DNA from: an uncultured Bacillota bacterium | GTDB taxonomy: Bacteria > Bacillota_I > Bacilli_A > RFN20 > CAG-288 | Assembly (NCBI GenBank): GCA_949284445.1 | Contig: CASDVP010000009.1 | Coordinates: 14,609 to 78,608 of the forward strand | DNA: 64,000 bases | Reading direction: 5' to 3' | Shown: one piece after another, positions 42,060 through 52,000 of the stretch | Layout: every line of letters starts with the position of its first letter | Numbering within the stretch: position 1 is the stretch's first letter | Position numbers and translations under genes: made by a program | The notes under the pieces: generated by a model | What the model was told of the DNA's origin: nothing | The model's database searches: none | What the model saw: the letters and a program-made list of their open reading frames with translations, nothing else

Positions 42060-43130
42060 ATGCAAGAACCGATGCTTCGTGAGCAAAAAAGCTTAACAGC
42101 GGTAAACGATTTCTTTGAAAAACGTCCTCAATATGAGGAGAGTTTTGATCGAGGAAACAACACCATCATCAGGCTTGTCGCTCCCACTAAAGAGAATGCT
42201 AAGCCTTATAAAGTGACTGGTATTCAAGATACGGCTTCCAATAATAATTGGAAAGCTTGGTTATATTTAGGACCAGTTCTCATTTTATTAGTCGTTTTCT
42301 TACTTTATCCGTTGATCAACACCATCTGTATCTCTTTTATGGAAAACTATAGTCAAATCACTGGTCATTCAGATGGGTTTACATTAGATAACTTTGGTGT
42401 TATCTTCGGCATCACTAAAACAGCTGGTGGAGGTTATGAACAGAACTTTTCACAATACGCTATCCCCAATACATTTATTATCGTTATATTAACTGTTCCG
42501 ATTTCTACATTGATCGCTTTATTGATATCAGTAGCCTTAAATTCCTTAAAATGGTTTAAAAAGTTCTTACAAACAGTTTTCTTCTTACCATATGTCACTA
42601 ACGCCATCGCCATCGGTATGGTCTTCTCTGTTATGTTTGATGACTATGGTATTATCAATACCATCTTCAACACTGATATCGTCTGGATTGTTGGTGCTGA
42701 TAGAGCTACGGCTATGATCCCGCTTTGCATCTATATCGTCTGGTCATCGATTCCGTTTAAAATTTTAGTTTTCTTATCAGGGTTACAAGGTATTGATGCT
42801 CAATATTACAATGCAGCTAAGATCGATGGTGCCTCAAAATCTAAAACATTATGGAGAATCACTGTTCCTTTGATGTCACCACAGATTCTTTATATCGTCG
42901 TCACTTCATTCATCGGCGCTTTTAAGGAATATTCTTCAATCGTCGGTTTATTCAATGGGCCTGGTACTATCAACGGTTCTCATAATATGTATACGATTGT
43001 CTACTATATTTATGATAACCTTGCCACTCATACTTCTTATGCGGCAGCTGCAGCTGTCTTCTTATTCGCTGTTATCTTGGTCTTCACTGGTTTACAATTG
43101 TTTGTATCCAAGAAGAGAGTTTACTATTGA
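42060..43130 (+). CDS. ABC transporter permease, MalF/UgpA-like.
   Basis: Six TM helices. EAA-like loop AAKIDGASKSKTLWRITVPL. GAGGGAG RBS. Confidence 0.85.
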   Translation: MQEPMLREQKSLTAVNDFFEKRPQYEESFDRGNNTIIRLVAPTKENAKPYKVTGIQDTASNNNWKAWLYLGPVLILLVVFLLYPLINTICISFMENYSQITGHSDGFTLDNFGVIFGITKTAGGGYEQNFSQYAIPNTFIIVILTVPISTLIALLISVALNSLKWFKKFLQTVFFLPYVTNAIAIGMVFSVMFDDYGIINTIFNTDIVWIVGADRATAMIPLCIYIVWSSIPFKILVFLSGLQGIDAQYYNAAKIDGASKSKTLWRITVPLMSPQILYIVVTSFIGAFKEYSSIVGLFNGPGTINGSHNMYTIVYYIYDNLATHTSYAAAAAVFLFAVILVFTGLQLFVSKKRVYY

Positions 43131-43144
43131 TGGAGGAGAAAGGC

Positions 43145-44131
43145 ATGTCAGAACCTAAAAATTCATTAGCTATGAAAACCTACATCGATTTCTCCGAAGT
43201 CAAAATTAATAACGATATCACTTTATCCTTAGCTGATTCAGGTCAAACTGTGGAAGCTATGAGAAAGAGAGAAAAAGTGACTTCTATCGTTTCCACGATT
43301 ATTCTTTATGCGGTCGTTCTCTTTTTGGCTCTTATCATGATTTTCCCGTTCTATTGGATGATCATCACTTCTTTGAAGAGTAATACCGAAATCGATTATA
43401 TTGAACAGACTATTTATCCTTCTGTTATCATGTGGTCAAACTACGTTTATGTCTTCCAAACATTTGATTTTTTACAATATATGATGAACACCATCATCGT
43501 TGCTATCTTCTCGACGATCGGTACACTCATAACCACGATCATCGCTGCCTTCGCTTTTGCAAGATTACAATTCAAAGGCCGTGAGGCTATCTTCTTAATC
43601 TTCTTGATGACGATGATGATTCCAGGTGAGATGATGGTTATTTCTAACTATATTACAGTCGCCAGTTTCGGTTGGATCGGAAACGGACAGACGAGAATCG
43701 AAGCCTATGCGGCTATGATCGTCCCCTTCTGGATCTCAGTCTTCTACATCTACTTATTAAGACAGAACTTCAAACAGATTCCTAATGAATTATATCTAGC
43801 TGCTAAAGTTGACGGTAAGTCTGACTGGTCATTCTTATGGAGAGTCATGGTTCCCTTAGCAATGCCGACATTGATCTCTATCACCATCTTGAAGTTCATG
43901 GGAACTTGGAATTCTTATGTCTGGCCAAACTTAGTCACTAATGATGTTGACTTCCGTTTGATATCTAACGGTTTAAGAGGCTCAGCATTTACGGATGCGG
44001 ATACTCAGAAGACCTCATACGGTTATCAAATGGCAGCTACAGTTCTAGTCACTGTGCCTCTCTTCTTGCTATTCATCTTCTTCAGGAAGTATATTATGAG
44101 AGGTGTCGGACGTGCAGGTATTAAAGGTTAA
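43145..44131 (+). CDS. ABC transporter permease, MalG/UgpE-like.
   Basis: ATG at 43145 follows a GGAGGAG RBS. The ORF track starts earlier at a TTG overlapping the upstream stop. EAA-like loop AAKVDGKSDWSFLWRVMVPL. Confidence 0.85.
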   Translation: MSEPKNSLAMKTYIDFSEVKINNDITLSLADSGQTVEAMRKREKVTSIVSTIILYAVVLFLALIMIFPFYWMIITSLKSNTEIDYIEQTIYPSVIMWSNYVYVFQTFDFLQYMMNTIIVAIFSTIGTLITTIIAAFAFARLQFKGREAIFLIFLMTMMIPGEMMVISNYITVASFGWIGNGQTRIEAYAAMIVPFWISVFYIYLLRQNFKQIPNELYLAAKVDGKSDWSFLWRVMVPLAMPTLISITILKFMGTWNSYVWPNLVTNDVDFRLISNGLRGSAFTDADTQKTSYGYQMAATVLVTVPLFLLFIFFRKYIMRGVGRAGIKG

Positions 44132-44196
44132 GGTTTGATTTCTCATATCGAGAATTAAACATATATTGAAAATGATTTCAAAAAGGAGGAAATCAG

Positions 44197-45684
44197 ATGA
44201 AAAATCTACTTAAAGTCTTGCCTCTTCTTTCTGTTTTAGTTCTTACTGGATGCGATAATACTTCTAACAATAATCACACAGCTCAACCAGGTGATGAAAA
44301 TTATATAGCCGTGATCGATACACCAGTCGAGATCGAAATTTGGACAACTATCGGTTCTGGTAATCAAACCGCCTTCGATACCATGCTTGATCGTGTGAGA
44401 AGACTTGAACCGAATATCACTATTAAAAATACTTATCAAAACAGTATGGGTTATGATGAGCTTCATGATGCTATTGTTAATGGTTTCCCAGCTAACAATT
44501 ATCCTGATTTAGCTTATTGCTATCCTGATCATGTCGCTGATTATATCAACGCTGGTAAGGCAGTTAATTTAGATACTTATATTAATGATCCTGAAATCGG
44601 ATTATCTGAAGAAGATAAGAAAGATTATTTTGAAAAATTCTTAGCTGAAGGTCAAGAATATACGATTCCTGGTACTTATTCTGTTCCTTTTGCTAAATCA
44701 ACTGAAGCTATGTATTATAGCGGAGCTTTAATCGGTACCGATTTAAGAGGTATTGATCCTACTATTAATAATGGCAAGCCATTAAATGAAGCTTATTTTA
44801 ATGATCTCTCTTGGAGTGAATTATTTGATAAACTCTGTCCTGCTCTCATCAAATATAATGAAAAATTAGCTAATGATGGTAATGATAAAACTAATCCTCT
44901 CATCGACTTAAATGCTAATAGCAACGCTGGTATCGTCGGTTATGACTCTGATGATAACCTCTTCATCACTTTAGCTCAACAATACGGTTATGACTATACT
45001 GATATCGATGAAACTGGTAAGGGTGAGATTCTCTTCAATAATGATGGTATGAAAGAATTATTGATGAAGTTCCATGATTGGGCTAACAAACGTTATATCG
45101 TTTCTCAAGGTACTACTGGTTCTTATACTTCTAATCTTTTTACCGCCAATCAGTGTTTATTCAGTATTTCTTCTACTGCTGGTGTCACTTATTTACATAG
45201 TCAAAACAATCCGGTGGTCAATGTCGCTCCTATTCCACATGCAGAAACTGAATCTGACACTTACAACGCTCAAATCTCTCAAGGACCTTCTTTCTGCGTT
45301 TTAGATAAAGGAAGTGAAGATAGACGTAAGGCTGCTTGGGTGGTTTATAAGTTATTAACTGATACCACTAATAATACTGAATGGTCTATCTCTACTGGTT
45401 ATATGGGTATCAGACAATCTTTCTATGAGACTGCTGAATATAAAGCAGCTTCTAGATTACCCTCTGATGATACTACTCAACAGGCTTTATTAGCTAAAAA
45501 CTGGATTTATTTACCTACTGTCAGTGATAGAGTTTATACTTCGCCTGTTTTCAAAGGTTCTGCCGATGTCAGAGATGCTGCTGGTGGTTTGATGACTAAA
45601 GCTCTTACCAAAGGCGAGTTGACTGAGCAACAGCTTGAAGAGGCTTTTGTCGCTGCTGAAAATGAGGCTAAGAACGCTCTCTAA
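44197..45684 (+). CDS. Solute-binding lipoprotein of the ABC importer (family-1-like SBP).
   Basis: MKNLLKVLPLLSVLVLTGC (LTGC lipobox). AGGAGG RBS. Paralogous to the next gene: AYCYPDHVADYINAG versus AIAYPDHVAEYLAS. Confidence 0.8.
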   Translation: MKNLLKVLPLLSVLVLTGCDNTSNNNHTAQPGDENYIAVIDTPVEIEIWTTIGSGNQTAFDTMLDRVRRLEPNITIKNTYQNSMGYDELHDAIVNGFPANNYPDLAYCYPDHVADYINAGKAVNLDTYINDPEIGLSEEDKKDYFEKFLAEGQEYTIPGTYSVPFAKSTEAMYYSGALIGTDLRGIDPTINNGKPLNEAYFNDLSWSELFDKLCPALIKYNEKLANDGNDKTNPLIDLNANSNAGIVGYDSDDNLFITLAQQYGYDYTDIDETGKGEILFNNDGMKELLMKFHDWANKRYIVSQGTTGSYTSNLFTANQCLFSISSTAGVTYLHSQNNPVVNVAPIPHAETESDTYNAQISQGPSFCVLDKGSEDRRKAAWVVYKLLTDTTNNTEWSISTGYMGIRQSFYETAEYKAASRLPSDDTTQQALLAKNWIYLPTVSDRVYTSPVFKGSADVRDAAGGLMTKALTKGELTEQQLEEAFVAAENEAKNAL

Positions 45685-45742
45685 AAATCATTTAATTTTG
45701 ATTTATTAAAGTAAGCCCATCTGATCAAGGAGGAAATCGCTT

Positions 45743-47155
45743 ATGAAACATGCAAAATTATTATCGTTGGTTGCTCTTCTACCTGTTTTAGGTGGGCTAG
45801 CTTCTTGTAATCGTGCTGCTGATGATACTATTTATTTTTGGCACACATGTGGTCAAACAGTAGTCACTGAGTTAGAAAATAGAATCGAAGAATTTGAACA
45901 ATTAGTTTTAGAAAACGAAGGCAAAGAGATAAATATCAAACTAGACTATCGCGGCAGTTATGATGACATACTTGAATCTATCAGAACGGCTTTTACTACT
46001 GGCGATCAACCGACATTAGCTATTGCATATCCTGATCATGTTGCTGAATATTTAGCTAGTGAGAATACTCCAGGTCAATATGTTGTTGATTTAACAGACT
46101 ATATCAATGATCCTGAAGTCGGCTTTGGAAAAGAAGCTTGGATCGGAGATACTGAGGTTTCTGATTTTGTCGACGCTTTCTATGAAGAAGGTTCTTCTTA
46201 TGGTAGAGAAGGAATTTATTCTCTTCCTTTGATGAAATCGACTGAAGTCATGTATTATAACAAGAACATTGTTTTACCTGAAATAACTAAATATAAGCCA
46301 GAATTAGACACTACTGAAAAGGCTGAAAATTGGCTTAATAATCTATCTTGGGATGAATTTATGGACTTCTGTTATTATCTCAAAAAGAATTATGTGCCTG
46401 CTGGTGTTTCTGAATTTTGGCCTGCTTTTTATGATTCTGATTCCAATATGTATATCACTGCATCTATGCAAAAAGAAATACCTTTCTTAGGATATGATGA
46501 TCAAGGAAAAGGTGAAGTTTTATTTAATAATGCTCAAGCTAAAGAGATGGTTCAGCAATTTAAAACTTGGTATGATGATGGACTTTTCACAACCAAGGGT
46601 GTAGAGGGAAAATACGGGTCTAATTATTTTACTAATATACAATGCTTATTTGACATCGGCTCTTCAGGAGGTGCTGGTTATAATTATCCTGCCGGTGGAA
46701 CTTTTGAGGTCGGTATTTGCCGAGTCCCTGCTTTTAATAACGACAATCGTTTATATGTCACCCAAGGTTTAACAGCGACAGTGTTAAAAGCTGGTGATGA
46801 CTACGATGGTGAAAAAGCTTTATACGGATATAAATTTTTGAAATATTTGACTTCCACTGATGTTAATACTGAACTCTGTATCAATGGTTCAGAAGGCTAT
46901 GTTCCAGTCAGAAAATCTTCGTATGAAACAGCTTTATTTAAAGATTTTTCGAGTAATAACAGATTGATGGTCGGCCAAGTCGCTAATATTGTTGCCAATA
47001 ATATTCAAGGTCATTATTTCAATACTCCTTGTTTTAAAGGTTCTGCTTATGCTAGAGATGCGGTAGGTGGACTATTGTCACAAGTTTTTACCAATAACCG
47101 CACGATAGATGAAGCATTTACCAAAGCTGAAAATGATACTTTAAATCAGATGTAG
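45743..47155 (+). CDS. Second solute-binding lipoprotein, paralog of the upstream gene.
   Basis: MKHAKLLSLVALLPVLGGLASC (LASC lipobox). AGGAGG RBS. Shared blocks with the upstream SBP include TEVMYYN and VLFNNAQAKEMVQQFKTW. Confidence 0.8.
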   Translation: MKHAKLLSLVALLPVLGGLASCNRAADDTIYFWHTCGQTVVTELENRIEEFEQLVLENEGKEINIKLDYRGSYDDILESIRTAFTTGDQPTLAIAYPDHVAEYLASENTPGQYVVDLTDYINDPEVGFGKEAWIGDTEVSDFVDAFYEEGSSYGREGIYSLPLMKSTEVMYYNKNIVLPEITKYKPELDTTEKAENWLNNLSWDEFMDFCYYLKKNYVPAGVSEFWPAFYDSDSNMYITASMQKEIPFLGYDDQGKGEVLFNNAQAKEMVQQFKTWYDDGLFTTKGVEGKYGSNYFTNIQCLFDIGSSGGAGYNYPAGGTFEVGICRVPAFNNDNRLYVTQGLTATVLKAGDDYDGEKALYGYKFLKYLTSTDVNTELCINGSEGYVPVRKSSYETALFKDFSSNNRLMVGQVANIVANNIQGHYFNTPCFKGSAYARDAVGGLLSQVFTNNRTIDEAFTKAENDTLNQM

Positions 47156-47168
47156 TGAGGTGATTGAA

Positions 47169-48545
47169 ATGAAAAAGAATATCTTAAATTGTTTATTAAT
47201 ATTACCAGCGATTATGGTATCGCTCACCACTAGCTGCGCAAAAAAAGATAATTTACCTGCTTGGGTCGATTATATCAACGATCCGACAGTTAAACTGAGC
47301 CTTGATTATAATGATCGCACTTTTATTGAAGATGGTATCGAAGAGGTTTCCTTAGCTACTGCCATCGATGGCGATACAGCTCATTTCAGAACTGCTGATA
47401 ACGATCTGATCAAAGCTCGTTATTATGGTATCGATACTCCTGAAAGCACTGGTAAAGTTCAGCCTTTCGGAAGAGGTGCTTCTAATTTTAATAAAGAAAA
47501 ATTACATGCTGCTGATGAGCACGGTACTATCGTCATCACCAGTGTCAGTGTCGATCAATATGAAGCTCCTGAATTTGATTCTACAGGTGAACGTTATGTT
47601 TCTTTGATTTGGATCAATACTGAAAAAGAGCATGCACCTTCATCTGAGTTGACGCTTCTGAATTTATGGATCGTTCAAGAAGGGTGGTCTGATGTTAAAA
47701 ATGTTAATGATTTACCTGAATATCAAGATATTTTCTATGCTGCCAATCGACAAGCTAGAATCTATAAAAAGAATCTTTATTCAGGTGTAGATGATCCTTT
47801 ATTTAACTATGGTGGCTATGAAGAAGCTATCATTCCTGATATCAGTAAAGAGATTATCGCATCTATGCAGGATGAAAGCCATGTCAATGCCTTTGATGGT
47901 CGAAAAGTCAGATTTAATGGAACAGTTGCTGGCTTGTCTAACAACATCCTTTATTTGACGACTTATGATGAAGAGACAGGTGAAAATTATGGTGTCAATT
48001 TCTTCACTGGAATGGGTGCTGTCGATTCTCGATATACTACTCCTGGTGCTTATCTAGAAGTGTTTGGCTTATGTCAAGATGATGAAAACTTCGGTTTCCA
48101 ATTAACCGATGGTAATTTCAACATCTATTCATCAGCTGATAGCGCTGCTAAAGTTGTCTATGAAGCTAGCGAAAACACTGAATATCCGCTTCATGTCAAT
48201 GAGTTTAAACCTAGTGAATTGGGTGCTGAAGACTATGATGTGCTTAACTGTGCAGTGTCTTTGACCGAAGAAGTTGTTGTCAGCAATTGTTATATCAATC
48301 AAAATACTTATACATTATATTTAGAAGATACTAAAGGTAATCCTTTGGATTTTGATATTTACATTCCATTTACTTATTATTGGAAGCCAGGGGATTATAC
48401 AACTCGTGTTGATGATGCAAGTACCATGATCGGCGAAAAATTCAATCTTTCTCATGGTATCTATACATTCCATAAAACTACTTCCGGTAAAATCAATTGG
48501 CAGATCACTATCTGTAACAATAAAGATTTCTTAGTTGTAGAATAG
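47169..48545 (+). CDS. Lipoprotein with a staphylococcal (thermo)nuclease-like SNc domain and a C-terminal domain of unknown function.
   Basis: ATG at 47169 follows a GTGAGGTG RBS. MKKNILNCLLILPAIMVSLTTSC (TTSC lipobox). The thermonuclease signature is AIDGDTAHFRTADNDLIKARYYGIDTPE, i.e. DGDT..x9..R..GIDTPE. Confidence 0.8.
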   Translation: MKKNILNCLLILPAIMVSLTTSCAKKDNLPAWVDYINDPTVKLSLDYNDRTFIEDGIEEVSLATAIDGDTAHFRTADNDLIKARYYGIDTPESTGKVQPFGRGASNFNKEKLHAADEHGTIVITSVSVDQYEAPEFDSTGERYVSLIWINTEKEHAPSSELTLLNLWIVQEGWSDVKNVNDLPEYQDIFYAANRQARIYKKNLYSGVDDPLFNYGGYEEAIIPDISKEIIASMQDESHVNAFDGRKVRFNGTVAGLSNNILYLTTYDEETGENYGVNFFTGMGAVDSRYTTPGAYLEVFGLCQDDENFGFQLTDGNFNIYSSADSAAKVVYEASENTEYPLHVNEFKPSELGAEDYDVLNCAVSLTEEVVVSNCYINQNTYTLYLEDTKGNPLDFDIYIPFTYYWKPGDYTTRVDDASTMIGEKFNLSHGIYTFHKTTSGKINWQITICNNKDFLVVE

Positions 48546-48562
48546 ATTGAGGGCTAAATGTT

Positions 48563-49036
48563 ATGTATTGTTGTCATTGCGGATATGAACTAAATATCGA
48601 TAAAGTGGAGAAGAATACTGATTCTCACACTTTGTTTGAGGATTCAAATATCGATACGGAAGTGAAGTATGTTTGCCCTCGATGCGGTCATCTGATCCAT
48701 AAACATGTCAATGAACAAGAGATAAAAACTTTATCAGCTGCTAGTCATGCGGAAATACAAAGAGGTCGTAATTTCTTTGCTAATGGCATGTCTCTTAATC
48801 TTGTTGGTGCGATCATCTTATTATTAGCGATCATCTTCTTAGTCTTATCGCATAAACCAGCTAATAATTTTGCTCTTGTCACCGATTGTCCAGAGTTCTA
48901 TGTATCCGTTGTCGCTTTTGTTATCAGTGCGATTCTTATTGGAGTTGGTATGGTACTGACTATTATGGGTGTTCTTAAGAAAACCAAGTACCAACAGCTT
49001 CTTAAGGATATACAAAATCAAGTTTTCTTCCAGTAG
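48563..49036 (+). CDS. Small zinc-ribbon protein with 2 C-terminal TM helices.
   Basis: CHCG and, 33 aa later, CPRCG. Two hydrophobic helices. TGAGGG RBS. Confidence 0.55.
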   Translation: MYCCHCGYELNIDKVEKNTDSHTLFEDSNIDTEVKYVCPRCGHLIHKHVNEQEIKTLSAASHAEIQRGRNFFANGMSLNLVGAIILLLAIIFLVLSHKPANNFALVTDCPEFYVSVVAFVISAILIGVGMVLTIMGVLKKTKYQQLLKDIQNQVFFQ

Positions 49037-49077
49037 TTTAGTTTTTTACATGAGATATCAAAAAAGGAGGATAAATC

Positions 49078-52000
49078 ATGAAAAAGAAGTTCTTGTTGTC
49101 TCTTGCTGGTCTCTTGTCTTTAGTCGGTATGGTCAGTTGTACAGAAACTTCTAATAAGCCTAATGTAAGTGTTACAACTAATTTGCCTGCTCTTTCTACT
49201 TTATCTATTTTAAACAAAGATGAATTACAGAGCGATTGGCATTTAGATGATAACTATCGTACTCTTGATGTTAGCGGTGGTGAAAACGTCAATATTCAGC
49301 AATATATCTATTCAAATCAAGTTACCATCACTTCTTCAGATTCTAGTGTTATTGCCACGTCTGGATTGACTTTAACTCCGCGAAAAGTTGGTAAATCTAC
49401 TATTACTATTGCTTATAATAATTCTGAATTAAAAGATTCAGTTGAAATTGAGATTTTAAGTGCTCATAAATTAACAAGCGATTCCAGCTTTGTTGTTTTT
49501 GACGAAAGAACTAGTCAATTGACTTATAGTATTGGCTCCGATACAACGAGACCGGATGATTTGAGTAAACTAAAATACACTGACCAAGCAGCTACTGATG
49601 TCGCTTGGACTTCTTCTGATACATCTATAGCTACTGTTTCTGATGATGGTGTAGTTTCGGCTGTCAAGAAACCAGATGCTGATACTTCTGTCACGATCAC
49701 TGCTACATTAAAATCTAATCCTAAATATACTAAAACTATTACTATTGATGTATTCGAAAAAATACCTGTAGTTGCTATCAGTGCATTAGATGATTATGAG
49801 ATTGGTGATACTGCATTTGTCAGAGGTGTGGTTGTTGCTAAGACTACACAAGGATATCTTATCGATGATGGTACAGCTGCTGTTTATGTATTTTTAAAGG
49901 ATGATCCAGCAAATATTAATATTGGTGATTATTATGAAGTTGGTGGAGCCCTTGCTGCTTATAATGGCGCATTGCAATTTACTGCAGATGCTGCCCAAAC
50001 AAAATTATCTGAAACAGCACCAAAACCAAGAGAAGCAATTGCTTTAACTAAAGAAATTGCAGATGGTTGGAAAACAAAGAGTGCTTCTACAGAAAAGCAA
50101 CAATATTCTACAACTGAAATTGCCAAGTATTCTTGGACTGCTGTCGCAGCTAAAGATGGCAAATATTGGGTAATTAATTTAGAAGGCTCTACTACTAAGA
50201 TTGAAGCATCATATATGCCTAACAATTTTAAGTTAGAAGCAGGCAAAACCTATAATATTGAAGCTTATTTCGGTGGATATGCTGGACCTAATTATGGTGA
50301 TTATGCAGCAATGTATATTACTTCCGTAGAAGAAACTGAGCCTTTAGGCGTTAATGTACAATTGGATCAAACAGCTGTCACTTTAACTAAGGGACAAACG
50401 ATTACTCTTAAAGCATCAGTATATGGTGCTGAGAATACTTCTGTCACTTGGAAGAGTGATACAGAAACTGTTGCTACTGTAACTGAGGAAGGAGTGGTTA
50501 CTGCTGTAGCTAATGGAACAGCTACTATCACTGCCACTTCAGTTGAGGATAATACTAAGAGTGCCACTTGTGTTATTACTGTCGCAGATGAAGTTGCGGA
50601 GCCAAAACAAAAAGTAGTTAATTCAGTTAGTGAGATTACTAACGATACTGCTAAAGATTTATCACAAGTGTATATTATTGAAGGAACAGTGTCTAAGTGG
50701 TATAAAGATAATTCAGATGGAACTAACTATGGAAACTTCTATATTAAAGATTCTACTGGTGCTGAGTTATTAGTTTATGGTGCTACAGCTGATGCGTCAG
50801 TACTATCGTTTGATAATCATACTGCAGAATATAGTTATGATAATCCAGCAAATTTCAAAACAAATGAGTATACTAGCAAAATAACTCTTGGATCTAATAT
50901 TACATTAGCGGCTGTTAGAACTGAATTTAGTGGCACTAAACAACTTAATGCAATAGTTTTAAGTGCTGATGACACTTTTGTTGTTAACTATGATGTTGAT
51001 ACAACAGGTGTTACGGAAGGTAGTGCCAGTAACGTCTATTTGTATGAAACAACTGGAAAAATTACTAGATGGTATGACGAAAATGATGATGCAGGACAAT
51101 ATGGTAATTTCTATATTCAAACTGAAGGAAAAGAAGAGATTTGCATTTATGGTGCAACTGCTCAAGCAGATAGTCTAAAATTTGATCCTGAAACTGGAAA
51201 TTACTATTTATCTAATCCACAAGATTTCTTGACTAATGAAGCCACTAAGGATTTAAAGATTGGAGACTCGATTACTATTCGTGGATTTAGATCTGATTAT
51301 AATGGTAGTGTACAATTGAAGGGCATTGTTGTTACTGATAGTCAAAATGAAGATCCGGACCAATCAGTTAAATTATCTGAACTTAAGTCACTAGAAAATG
51401 GCACTAAATTCATTTCGCGTGGATATTACATGGGAAAGAATGATACTTCTTACGAGGGAAATTATAATGCTGTTTATGTAGCTGATGGGTCTACTTCGTA
51501 TTTACTTTACAAAGTATCAGAAACCTTGTTACCAGATAATCTAGTTCCTAATGAGACGATAATTGAATTTTCTGGTGTAATTAGTAACTATACAAAGGAA
51601 GATAGCACCATTTATGAAGCGACAGCTTCTGAAATAACTATTGTTGATAGCGATGAAAGCATAGTTAAGCCAACTATTCATACAATTAATGCTGAGAATC
51701 CTGAATTTGATTTGAATGCTGGTGTTGAACATAATAAAGTGAATATTGAAGATGCAACAGTTACTGATGTTTCTGTTGGAAATTATGGCAATACTACAAT
51801 TTACTTTAATGTTGGGGAAAGTGATACAGAGTATTCTATTTATTTAGATAGCAGGTATACTAATTTAGAAGATGAAGACTTAGCTGAATTAGAAGCTGGT
51901 GATAGTTTTACAACATCTACTTGGATTGCTGCTAATACTGGCAAAACTCCATTTACATATAATTTTGCTTATGTTGAAAATTTTGTTAGAACACCTAAAC

